From Methanobacteriota archaeon (lineage in GTDB: Archaea; Thermoplasmatota; Poseidoniia; Poseidoniales; Thalassarchaeaceae): 43,835 bases of DNA. How positions within the stretch are numbered: the stretch's first letter is position 1; every line of letters begins with the position of its first letter. Positions 35,452-43,835 of this stretch are shown here, piece after piece. A program made the translations under genes and the position numbers. The stretch spans positions 1-43,835 of the forward strand of contig JAPOKZ010000004.1 of NCBI GenBank assembly GCA_029977385.1. The letters are read 5' to 3'. Under the pieces are notes generated by a model. It searched no databases and had not been told where the DNA came from. It saw nothing but the letters and a program-made list of their open reading frames with translations.

Positions 35452-37785
35452 ATGAGAAGCAGAACAAAAGGTGCAATCGCTGCCCTAGTAGTCATTTCTG
35501 CGATGCTCGCCCTTCCTTCTGCTCAATCTCTTCCCGGTGGGATCTCTGGAGTTCAGCAATCTGGATGCAACTGCCATGGTGCCGTCCCATCTGATTCCGT
35601 TGTCGCCTCCATAGAGGGTCTACCAGAGAGTTACAACTACTCCGAGACTTACGACATTACGGTCTCCTTCCAAGGTGGGCCCAGTCAAGAAGGGAATGTG
35701 AACCAAGGTGGGTTCCACCTTTGGGCTAGCCAAGGTTCCTTGGCAGTGAACGACGCTACTGCCCAGTTATACAACGAGAACGAGGTTGGGCACACAGAAG
35801 CAGGAAATGACCAGGTCGCCTGGACGCTCACTTGGACTGCGCCTGCTACGGACACGAATGTGGATTTCATCCTGCATGTGAACTCAGTTAACGGGAACGC
35901 TGACGGAGCTGGAGGGGGCACTTCAGGAGATATGTGGAGTAAACTCACCATCACGCTCGGAGGGCCAGTTGAGGTATTGGAGGCTGCGGATCCTTTCGTA
36001 GTCCTAGGAGTTCTCATCATCGTCTCTGCGACCCTACTAGCATTCACACTAGTGTTCGTTTTCTACAGGAAGGACCCAGAGGCCTTCGATTGGGATAACT
36101 TCGCACCATGGCTAGCAGACTGGCTGACCAGCACAGATCACAAGAAGATAGGCACACTGTACTTCGTAGCCGGGCTCTTCTTCCTTGGAGTAGGTGGAAT
36201 AATGGCGATGATCATCAGAATCCAGCTAGCCGTACCAGGGAACGACTTCCTGACACAGGAGCAGTACAACCAGTTCTTCACACTCCATGGCACCACGATG
36301 ATTTTCCTAGCCGCAATGCCGATGATTAACGGGTTTGCAAACTGGATGATCCCCCTCCAACTGGGTGCAGCAGATCTAGCCCTTCCAAGGATCAACGCGA
36401 TGTCTTTCTGGTTGCAGCCATTCGCGGCTCTACTTATTTTCACGGGGGTTTTCTCGGGCCACGGTGCAGACACTGGGTGGACGGGATACGCCCCTTACGT
36501 AGTAAGCGAAGGAGCGCATTACGGGACGACCATGTGGGCAGCCGGACAGATAATGCTGGTTGCTTCCTCGACGCTGACTGGCATCAACTTCCTCACGACC
36601 ATGGCAGTCATGAGAGCGCCTGGGATGGGATGGATGCAGATGCCACTCTTCAGCTGGTCTGTACTAGTAGCCAACGTGATGCTGTTCCTATCAATCCCCG
36701 CATTCGGAGTGGGGCTGATACAAGTTTACCTGGACAGGGTGATTGGTACTGCATTCTACGACATAGCAGCTGGGGGGGATCCGTTGCTGTGGAGTCACCT
36801 GTTCTGGTACTTCGGTCACCCTGAGGTTTACGTTGTGATAGTTCCGTCGTTCGGCATCATCTCCGAGGTCATCGCAACCAGCTCGAGAAGATCGGTGTTC
36901 GGCTACCGTTCCATGGTATACGCTCTAGCTGGAATTGGAGTAGTAGCATTCATCGTTTACGGCCACCACATGTTCACAAGCGGCATGAGTCCGACGCTAA
37001 GGTTCGTGACGATGCTCACAACGATGCTTGTGGCCGTTCCTACGGGAATCAAGATATTCAACTGGCTAATGACGATGCACGGAGGGTCACTTGTCTACAG
37101 GACCCATACTCTCTGGGCGCTTGGATTCCTGGTAACTTTCACACTGGGAGGGATTTCAGGGATGTTCTTCCCATCGATAGCAATGGACACTCACCTGCAC
37201 GAGTCGTACTTCGTGGTCGCTCACTTCCACTACGTCCTAGTTGGAGGCACCGTCTTCGGGTTCTTCGCCGGAATCTACTACTGGTGGCCTAAGGCTACAG
37301 GAAAGATGCTCAGCGAGAAGCTTGGAGTGCTGCACTTCCTAACAGCATTCGTCTCTTACAACGCCCTCTTCTGGCCAATGCACAGGCTGGGAGTATGGGG
37401 GATGACTCGAAGGCACCATACGTACTTCGTGACCACCGAGGAGGCCCTTGGATCCCTTCCAATGGAGGCTGCTGGATGGAACATGTTCATCACAGTCTCC
37501 GGGTTCATCTTCTTCTTCTCCAACTTCATCATGGTGTTCAACATGATTTCTTCGTCCATCAGGGGCGAGGATGCACCAGATGATCCATGGGGAGGGTGGT
37601 CGTTCGAGTGGATGACGAGCTCGCCTCCTCCGAACCACACACTATACAAGCTCGATGACGGGTCTTGGGGCCTCCCAACCCTGAAGGATGCGAACGAGCA
37701 CATTGCAAACGAACCCGGATGGCTCTCCAGCTGGTTCCAGAGGCTGATGGTCGAAGACGAAGATACAGAGGGGGCTTCGCATTGA
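35452..37785 (+). CDS. coxA: Heme-copper oxidase subunit I (A1 type) with extra N-terminal extracellular CxCH domain
   Basis: STDHKKIG, HGTTM, WYFGHPEVY, GHHMF, PTGIK, VAHFHY, MTRR. Preceded by a signal peptide, a domain of about 150 aa and an extra TM helix. Confidence 0.95.
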   Translation: MRSRTKGAIAALVVISAMLALPSAQSLPGGISGVQQSGCNCHGAVPSDSVVASIEGLPESYNYSETYDITVSFQGGPSQEGNVNQGGFHLWASQGSLAVNDATAQLYNENEVGHTEAGNDQVAWTLTWTAPATDTNVDFILHVNSVNGNADGAGGGTSGDMWSKLTITLGGPVEVLEAADPFVVLGVLIIVSATLLAFTLVFVFYRKDPEAFDWDNFAPWLADWLTSTDHKKIGTLYFVAGLFFLGVGGIMAMIIRIQLAVPGNDFLTQEQYNQFFTLHGTTMIFLAAMPMINGFANWMIPLQLGAADLALPRINAMSFWLQPFAALLIFTGVFSGHGADTGWTGYAPYVVSEGAHYGTTMWAAGQIMLVASSTLTGINFLTTMAVMRAPGMGWMQMPLFSWSVLVANVMLFLSIPAFGVGLIQVYLDRVIGTAFYDIAAGGDPLLWSHLFWYFGHPEVYVVIVPSFGIISEVIATSSRRSVFGYRSMVYALAGIGVVAFIVYGHHMFTSGMSPTLRFVTMLTTMLVAVPTGIKIFNWLMTMHGGSLVYRTHTLWALGFLVTFTLGGISGMFFPSIAMDTHLHESYFVVAHFHYVLVGGTVFGFFAGIYYWWPKATGKMLSEKLGVLHFLTAFVSYNALFWPMHRLGVWGMTRRHHTYFVTTEEALGSLPMEAAGWNMFITVSGFIFFFSNFIMVFNMISSSIRGEDAPDDPWGGWSFEWMTSSPPPNHTLYKLDDGSWGLPTLKDANEHIANEPGWLSSWFQRLMVEDEDTEGASH

Positions 37786-38903
37786 GCGGAGAAGACCACC
37801 ACCCCAGCGCATGGGGCCCGCATGACTGGAACCATGGGGCACCTCACAACTCGTGGTCCCCATTCATACTCAGCATGGGTGTGGCCATCTTCCTCTTCTC
37901 CCTAGGAGCTGCGTACGAGTGGGGAGAGTTCCAGGGCTGGGGTAACGTCCCACTGATCTTCGTGGGGCTGGGGGTTATCTCGTTCAGCCTGCTGATCTGG
38001 TGGAGGCAGGATATGAGCTTCGGAATGCATGGCGAGGTCTTCGAGCCGAAGTCCACGGGAACCCCCTTCCAGAACATAGACATCAGGAAGGTCGCGATGT
38101 GGATGTTCCTAATGTCGGAGATGATGGTCTTCACCTCCCTGTTCAGTACGTACATGAGGTACAGGCTCGGGATTCCTAACTGCAAGACAGTCTTCCACTC
38201 CGGTGAATGGGTCGAAGGAACAGCCGTGACCTGCTTCGAGCCGGCAGGTCACCTAATCGCATCGAGCTGGTTCCACATAGCCCCGGGAGCGATAAACACG
38301 TTCGCGCTAATCATCTCCTCATTCACTATAGTGCAGGCACTCCGCTACGCCAAGAAGAAGGACATCGACGAAGACGTCAGGAGAAGGAAGGTGACTCGAT
38401 ACCTAGGTACCACCTGGTTCCTAGCAATACTCTTCCTCACGCTGAAGATGATAGAGTGGTTCCTGGGCTTCCCCCTGCCAGAGTTCCTACACGAGTTCAA
38501 CCACGGTGATTCGGAAATCAAGTCTCTTTACGCTGAGGGGTATCTCATCAACGCAGACAGCTACGAGCACAAGGCCTTCGACACCGATTACATAGAGAAG
38601 CACCCCGAGGACTACTCAATCCCAGAGGAGAGTGCCCTCTACGCAATGATGGAGGCTGGCACCCATCCCGGAGGCAAAATGATGGCTAACATCCAAGTGA
38701 GCGCCACCACGTTCTACGTGACCACCGGGACACACGGGGCTCACGTCCTGGGTGGGATCATCGGCCTAACCTACATGACTCTGAAGGCAGCAAAGGGAGG
38801 ATATACCCCTGACAACGCGGTCTCGATAGAGTACTTCGGGCTGTATTGGCACTTCGTGGACCTGGTCTGGGTCCTGGTCTTCCCGTTCTTCTATCTATAC
38901 TGA
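37782..38903 (+). CDS. coxC: Heme-copper oxidase subunit III
   Basis: SWSP, MWMFLMSEMMVF, NTFALIISS, FYVTTGTHGAHV, LYWHFVDLVW. The TTG start overlaps the coxA stop (TTGA). Confidence 0.92.
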   Translation: MSGEDHHPSAWGPHDWNHGAPHNSWSPFILSMGVAIFLFSLGAAYEWGEFQGWGNVPLIFVGLGVISFSLLIWWRQDMSFGMHGEVFEPKSTGTPFQNIDIRKVAMWMFLMSEMMVFTSLFSTYMRYRLGIPNCKTVFHSGEWVEGTAVTCFEPAGHLIASSWFHIAPGAINTFALIISSFTIVQALRYAKKKDIDEDVRRRKVTRYLGTTWFLAILFLTLKMIEWFLGFPLPEFLHEFNHGDSEIKSLYAEGYLINADSYEHKAFDTDYIEKHPEDYSIPEESALYAMMEAGTHPGGKMMANIQVSATTFYVTTGTHGAHVLGGIIGLTYMTLKAAKGGYTPDNAVSIEYFGLYWHFVDLVWVLVFPFFYLY

Positions 38904-38915
38904 GGTGAAAAATAA

Positions 38916-39278
38916 ATGGCGCACTACAAGATTCTGGGGCAGGACCCCTACTGGATGAACTTCTACGGACTGATGATACTGACTCTCATCGAGGTACTCG
39001 CGGTCGGGGCCGACCTGGACTCGTTTGCAGAGTCGATGGGAACCGAGGAGAAGGTAATCACCCTGTGGATACTCACCATCATCGCCATCCCGAAGTTCAT
39101 CATGATCGCTGCCATCTTCATGCACCTGTACGGGGACGAGGACTCGGGGATACTGACGATGACAGCTCTCTTCCCCGCCTTCTTCATCATCATAATGGTC
39201 CTATTCGTTGGCCTCACCCACCCTGATGCGGCTTCGAGCCTGCCTGCATGGTGCAGACCCGGAACCTATGGCCTGTGA
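38916..39278 (+). CDS. coxD: Heme-copper oxidase subunit IV-like membrane protein
   Basis: LMILTLIEV, IAIPKFIMIAAIFMHL, three TM helices, GAGGTGA SD, last gene of the cox operon. Confidence 0.85.
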   Translation: MAHYKILGQDPYWMNFYGLMILTLIEVLAVGADLDSFAESMGTEEKVITLWILTIIAIPKFIMIAAIFMHLYGDEDSGILTMTALFPAFFIIIMVLFVGLTHPDAASSLPAWCRPGTYGL

Positions 39279-39319
39279 TGCTCAAGGTTCATCCGTGTGA
39301 TACAACACGAAGGCCTGCT

Positions 39320-39405
39320 GCAGACGTCGCATAGCCTGGTATTGCGCCGGATTTGAAATCCGGTGTCCTAGTGACTCGGGAGTTCAAATCTCTCCGTCTG
39401 CGCCA
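39320..39405 (+). tRNA. tRNA-Ser (anticodon UGA), CCA encoded
   Basis: GCAGACG...AGCCTGGTA...CCGGA-TTTGAAA-TCCGG, long variable arm, GGGAG-TTCAAAT-CTCTC, CGTCTGC G CCA. Confidence 0.95.
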
Positions 39406-40437
39406 CTAAAGGTTCGGTGGACTTTGGCCGCCCCTGACGTTCAGCTGGCCCTCGTGGAACTCGAAGCTAACGGGTGTGGTCATGGAAATCTCCCCGTCCA
39501 GACTGATGAAAAGCGGGGGATCGTGCCCCTTCTCGTCCGTCGGATTCCCCTCCGAGTCCAGGGCCTTGATCTCGAACCTCCTGCATGGATCCATGGTTAT
39601 CTTTCCCCACTTACCGACGTGCCTTCCCTTCTCCAGTGGCCCCATGATCCTCAGCATCTGCAACTTGGACAGTCCGAAGCCGAGAAGGATCGAGGCACTG
39701 TCTCCGAAGGGTTGCATACCCGGTGCAACCCGGTACCCCCCTCCAAAGGTCTCGGCCTGCATCATCGCGAAAAGCCCGGTGAGGTCGACCGTCGTCCCTG
39801 GCTGGTCGTCGACCTTTATCCAAGCCATCTGGCTCTTCCATGACAGTATGGCCTTGATCGCTAGGAATGTGTACTTCTTCTGCCCACTGATCCAAGAGAA
39901 GTGCCCCTCGTCCTTCATGCGGTTAATCGAAGAGGTCACACCCCCGTCGCATTCCAGGAACGACCATCTCACCAGATTACCCTCCTTCGAGGGTTCGCCA
40001 GTCACAGGAAAGTGCTTGGGAGAGGGGATTCCTGGGTAGTCAGGGGCCCTGAGACCCTCAACTCTGATTCCTCCAACGGTGTAGTCAATACCGTTCCTAA
40101 GTATTTCTATGGCACCCTGAAGGTCCTTGAGTGGAATCCCTATTGCCCTGGCAAAGTCATCCCCATTGCCCATCGGGATAATACCGAGCCTCTTCGGTGA
40201 TCCTCTGATGCCATTTGCCACCTCATGCACCGTTCCGTCCCCTCCGATGGCAACAATGAGATCGTAATCGCTGTCCCTGAGGTCGCTTGCGATCTCTATG
40301 GCATGTCCAGTACCCTTAGTCATGAAGACGTCATGATCCAACCCAGAAGCCCCGAGAGCCTCCTCTATCTTGTGAAAGTTCTTCCCGAGTTTTCCGTCCC
40401 TAGCGTTCGGGTTGGCGATGCATGCAACTCGTGGCAC
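39406..40437 (-). CDS. Diacylglycerol/lipid kinase family protein (YegS/BmrU-like)
   Basis: IANPNA, GGDGTVHEVANG, IPMGNGDDFARAIG, FGGG, LDGE. GTG 40437 is the preferred start. Confidence 0.9.
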   Translation of the reverse strand: MPRVACIANPNARDGKLGKNFHKIEEALGASGLDHDVFMTKGTGHAIEIASDLRDSDYDLIVAIGGDGTVHEVANGIRGSPKRLGIIPMGNGDDFARAIGIPLKDLQGAIEILRNGIDYTVGGIRVEGLRAPDYPGIPSPKHFPVTGEPSKEGNLVRWSFLECDGGVTSSINRMKDEGHFSWISGQKKYTFLAIKAILSWKSQMAWIKVDDQPGTTVDLTGLFAMMQAETFGGGYRVAPGMQPFGDSASILLGFGLSKLQMLRIMGPLEKGRHVGKWGKITMDPCRRFEIKALDSEGNPTDEKGHDPPLFISLDGEISMTTPVSFEFHEGQLNVRGGQSPPNL

Positions 40438-40516
40438 GATGTCTCCAGCGACTGCATCGGACTTCAATACTGCCGAAGCGAGAAATCATGAGTGTGTTCT
40501 AGGACGGGGTGATAGA

Positions 40517-41581
40517 ATGACCGAGGCGGAGCAGCACATGAGGAGAGCCATCGAGCTCGCTGAGAGGGGTCGTCACAGGGTTATGCCAAACCCCCTAGTG
40601 GGGTGCGTCCTAGTCAAGGAAGGAGAAGTCGTGGCAGAAGGATGGCACGATCACCTGGGGGGTTTGCACGCAGAACAAATGGCAATCGCGGATGCCGAGG
40701 CTAAAGGCATCTCAACAAGAGGGACCACTGCCTATGTCACGCTCGAGCCCTGCAATCACTTCGGGAGGACCCCTCCTTGCACAGAGTCGCTCCTCTGGGC
40801 AGGAGTGGAGAAAATCGTAATCGGTGCCATGGATCCGAATCCGACCGTACGTGGAGGGGGATGCGACAACCTGGACAATAACGGGGTAGAAGTGACTCAC
40901 GGCCTCCTTCGAGAGGAGTGCGAGAGCCAAATGTCGGAGTTCATACACTGGTGCAGGGAGAGGCGCCCTCTGGTGACGCTCAAGGCATCTACAGATCCGG
41001 ATGGCAGGATTGATGGAGACCCGAGTCAGCCTGCCAGGAGGTTCAGCTCTGCAGAGTCAATGTCGAAAGCACATCAGATGAGAGCCGATTCCATGGCTAT
41101 CCTTGTCGGAGTCGGGACGGTAGTCAGAGACAATCCAGCACTTACAGTCAGGGGTCCGATAATTTCCCCGAGGGAGCCTCCAACTAGAGTCGTGCTTGAT
41201 CCGAACAACAGGATACCGGGCAAATCTGGAGTAATGGTAGACGGCCAAGCTCCGACACTGTTGGTTCAGTCATCAAAGTTTGATGATTCCGCGGATGAGG
41301 ATCATGTCAGACGGGTAGTTATTCCTGGCCCTAAGATGGAGATCATCGCGATACTCGAGATGCTTGGGGACATGGGGATACAGGCCCTTCTTGTCGAAGG
41401 GGGAGTGGAGACTTGGAAGGTTTTCCTCGAGTCAGGTTTAGTTGACAGAGTGCGGACTTGTAGGTCTCAAACTAGTCTGGAGGAAGGCGGAAAGAAATTT
41501 GATGCCGACATGACGAGGTTTGGGATGACAAAGGTCACAGAGGAAGAGTTCGGCGGCGATGTAGTGAGCTGGTGGGAATAG
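40517..41581 (+). CDS. ribD: Bifunctional riboflavin deaminase/reductase RibD
   Basis: PNPLVGCV, HAE, TLEPCNHFGRTPPC, AILVGVGTVVRDNPALT, LLVEGG. GGGGTGA SD before ATG 40517. Confidence 0.95.
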   Translation: MTEAEQHMRRAIELAERGRHRVMPNPLVGCVLVKEGEVVAEGWHDHLGGLHAEQMAIADAEAKGISTRGTTAYVTLEPCNHFGRTPPCTESLLWAGVEKIVIGAMDPNPTVRGGGCDNLDNNGVEVTHGLLREECESQMSEFIHWCRERRPLVTLKASTDPDGRIDGDPSQPARRFSSAESMSKAHQMRADSMAILVGVGTVVRDNPALTVRGPIISPREPPTRVVLDPNNRIPGKSGVMVDGQAPTLLVQSSKFDDSADEDHVRRVVIPGPKMEIIAILEMLGDMGIQALLVEGGVETWKVFLESGLVDRVRTCRSQTSLEEGGKKFDADMTRFGMTKVTEEEFGGDVVSWWE

Positions 41582-41631
41582 AAATAGCGTAAAAAAACGC
41601 TCAAACAGACGATATCAAGCAGGGTCTACGA

Positions 41632-41640
41632 TTAAATATA
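41632..41640 (+). promoter_or_regulatory. TATA box (TTAAATATA) for the large surface-protein gene
   Basis: Canonical archaeal TATA beginning 32 nt before ATG 41664. Confidence 0.65.
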
Positions 41641-41663
41641 CAAGGTCAGCGCCCAAATGCTAC

Positions 41664-43835
41664 ATGAGCAGTGAAAGCCATAGAACAACTACGAGAACCC
41701 TCAGTATTGCAATGATTATGCTAATATCGGCACTGGCACCAATAGCGGTACCGGTATCGGCTACCCACAATACCTCTGAGCCGTTGGTCCTGGAGATGCA
41801 GGACAGCAGCGGGAACTGGACAGGTGTGCCCCAGTACGTCGACCCAATGGTCGACGGATTCATGGAGGCCGGAACATACGAATTCAGGTTTACAGCCAAC
41901 GACCTCACACTGAATGACAGTTACGAGTTGATGTGGGAGGTAGAGGTCTGTGAGTTCGCGGAAGGTTGCGACGTGCCGATCAGCGAGACCAGAAGCTGGA
42001 CTGCTATGGGGACTTCCAGCACGGAAATGTGGAACATGTCTCTTGGAATCATGGACTGCGATGTCTACATTGTAGCCCAGTTTAGCAACGCCACGAGTGG
42101 CGATTCTATCGAGTACAACTGGAATCTATTCGGCCCATGCGGCAACACGGGTGACATCACTCTAGAGGTAGATATCGATGGCGATGGAGTTGACGATGTC
42201 ATTGAGGGCTTCGACTTCGAGCAGAATCTGAGCCTCTCAGCTGGAGACTATGCCGCCTCCTTCAACGTCTCTAACCTGTCCTCTACCGGATCATACAGCA
42301 TGTCATGGTCTGTTGACTTCGACTCTGAGTACGGCGACTGGGTCGAGGGGGAGGCAAACTGGTCCGGTTCCGACCCGGGTAGCGCTCTCGACTTCGACTT
42401 CGAGGTGTACGCGACCACCTGCCAATTCTGGATCGAGGCCGTCCTGTACGACGAGACTGCCGGTGAGGCCATATCCGCATACGTCGCGATGGCAGGTGGG
42501 CCTTGCGTCCAGCCAATTACGGTGTCAATCTACGATGATGAGTCCGGAGAGTGGCTCGAGATGAGTGGTGTAATGCCTGAGGCAGACTACCCGGACTGCT
42601 TCTGGTCCGACGAGGATGTGAGATGGTGGTGCGGCGAGGACACTGATGGTGACGGCACACTCGATTACACTGACACCTGGTGGTATTACTGCGAGCTGTC
42701 CGATTACCATTGGCTCTGCACGGATGCTTTCGGGCAAAGCGAGGATCACGAGTTCACAGAGAACAACACTCTCCTTCAGGCGATCTTCCTAGAAGAGGGG
42801 ACGTACGATGTGCTGGTCAACCTTTCCGCACTGAACACAACCACTCACTACGCTGTCCACCTCGGACACCTCAACCCCGAGTACATGGAGTTCAACTCGA
42901 CGACGGAGAACTACTCCATATCCGCTGAGTTGCCGGTGTCAATCACCGACTGCGACGAGTGGTTCGGAATCTCTGTCTTCGATGACCCGTCCAACTACCC
43001 CTACGAGATGCCGACATTCTCCAAGGGACTAGCATACCATGGACCATGCGAAGATCCCCCCTCGCCGTTCAACCTGACCTACGACGGGATGGACTACGAG
43101 GTGGAGTACCACTACAGCACCTACGACGACTGCACGGACGACGGAGTCGGTTGGGAGTGCGAGGAAGGTTACGACAACGATGGTGATGGTCAGGACGACG
43201 ATTATTCCTACCACTACTACCCCTACCCTCACTGCGAGTTCTCCCAGGACGACATGGTCTGGTACTGTCTCACAGGAACGATAGACCCGGTCCTGGAGGA
43301 GGGCAACCACAGCATGGAGCTGACCGTTCTCGACCTAGTGGCTGGGGATAACTACTCGGTAGATCTCATGATAGACGTCGGATCCCAGAATAACTACTAC
43401 GGTGAAGAGTGGTTCTACGAGTTCAACGCGACAGCGGAGGAGGAGGTTATCGACTTCTACGTCGAGACTGACAACTTCACCTGCGTCGTGGCCATCAGAG
43501 CCGTACTCTCTGAGATTGGTGAGAATGACTACCAAGAGGTGGGGATAGGTTCCTTCACCTTCGGAGCGCCGTGCGAGCAGCCTCCCTCCCCGTTCAACCT
43601 GACATACGATGGGATGGACTACGAGGTGGAGCACCACTACAGCACCTACGACGACTGCACAGACGTCGGCGACGGCTGGGAGTGCGAGGTGGGCTACGAC
43701 TGGGACAACGACGGCGAGGCCGACGATTACCACTACGACTACTTCCCCTACGATCACTGCGAGTTCTCCGAGGACGACATGGTCTGGTACTGCATCACGG
43801 GAATGATGCGCCCGGTCCTGGAGGAGGGCAACCAC
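41664..43835 (+). CDS. Large secreted acidic repeat (glyco)protein, 3'-truncated (at least 724 aa); absent from the ORF track
   Basis: Hand translation finds no stop from ATG 41664 to the window end. Signal peptide MSSESHRTTTRTLSIAMIMLISALAPIAVPVSA, repeated modules ending C...GPC/APC, DxDxDG loops, and many N-x-S/T sequons. Confidence 0.9.
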   Translation, partial: MSSESHRTTTRTLSIAMIMLISALAPIAVPVSATHNTSEPLVLEMQDSSGNWTGVPQYVDPMVDGFMEAGTYEFRFTANDLTLNDSYELMWEVEVCEFAEGCDVPISETRSWTAMGTSSTEMWNMSLGIMDCDVYIVAQFSNATSGDSIEYNWNLFGPCGNTGDITLEVDIDGDGVDDVIEGFDFEQNLSLSAGDYAASFNVSNLSSTGSYSMSWSVDFDSEYGDWVEGEANWSGSDPGSALDFDFEVYATTCQFWIEAVLYDETAGEAISAYVAMAGGPCVQPITVSIYDDESGEWLEMSGVMPEADYPDCFWSDEDVRWWCGEDTDGDGTLDYTDTWWYYCELSDYHWLCTDAFGQSEDHEFTENNTLLQAIFLEEGTYDVLVNLSALNTTTHYAVHLGHLNPEYMEFNSTTENYSISAELPVSITDCDEWFGISVFDDPSNYPYEMPTFSKGLAYHGPCEDPPSPFNLTYDGMDYEVEYHYSTYDDCTDDGVGWECEEGYDNDGDGQDDDYSYHYYPYPHCEFSQDDMVWYCLTGTIDPVLEEGNHSMELTVLDLVAGDNYSVDLMIDVGSQNNYYGEEWFYEFNATAEEEVIDFYVETDNFTCVVAIRAVLSEIGENDYQEVGIGSFTFGAPCEQPPSPFNLTYDGMDYEVEHHYSTYDDCTDVGDGWECEVGYDWDNDGEADDYHYDYFPYDHCEFSEDDMVWYCITGMMRPVLEEGNH
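43047..43835 (+). repeat. Intragenic direct repeat, 525-bp (175 aa) period
   Basis: 43047-43310 aligns without gaps to 43572-43835 (CExPPSPFNLTYDGMDYEVE...PVLEEGNH). Confidence 0.92.

Noticed and set aside
37665-37781. Long N-terminal extension of CoxIII overlapping coxA (similar extensions on rimK, ribD, pepC, ilvE)
   Set aside because: These are longest-ORF artefacts. Downstream starts agree better with SD or promoter positions and family N-termini.
39320-39408. tRNA-Ser (and tRNA-Leu at 8189-8273) as integration sites
   Set aside because: I found no duplicated tRNA 3' ends. The lipid kinase stop codon simply abuts the CCA.
43047-43835. Repeat pair as the TR/VR of a diversity-generating retroelement
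   Set aside because: Differences between the copies are not adenine-specific and many are synonymous C/T changes. Both copies are in the same reading frame, and no reverse transcriptase is in the window.
36000-43835. Apparently higher GC toward the right end as a sign of horizontal transfer
   Set aside because: Judged only by eye, and explainable by C-ending codon preference in highly expressed cox and surface-protein genes. No mobility signatures are present.

Overview
43.8 kb of chromosomal DNA from an archaeon. The evidence is archaeal IF2/eIF5B, EF-1alpha, uS10, eS8, SRP19, Sec61beta, GINS, PolB with a PIP box, XerA and a PGF-CTERM protein. The gene mix suggests Marine Group II Euryarchaeota (Ca. 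Poseidoniales); this is an inference, not a database result. The window is mostly housekeeping genes, plus a four-gene A1-type heme-copper oxidase operon, tRNA-Leu(CAA), tRNA-Ser(UGA) and a large repetitive secreted protein that runs off the right end and is missing from the ORF track. The strongest candidate for an undescribed system is a co-oriented minus-strand trio at 22525-26604: a membrane-anchored SAP-domain protein, a Soj/ParA ATPase, and an EamA/DMT membrane protein whose N-terminus carries the ParB-type ParA-activating peptide (MSKSGLGRGLDEIF). No parB is present in the window and xerA lies nearby, so this may be a membrane-tethered chromosome positioning system. Other notable items are a second ParA with an altered Walker A, an iodotyrosine-deiodinase-like flavoprotein, a collagen-stalk lipoprotein tipped with a putative copper site, a CxCH extracellular domain fused to CoxI, a structured intergenic RNA candidate, and a recurrent TT(G/C)AA box about 30 nt upstream of start codons. 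No CRISPR array or mobile element was seen. All calls are from motif recognition by eye.
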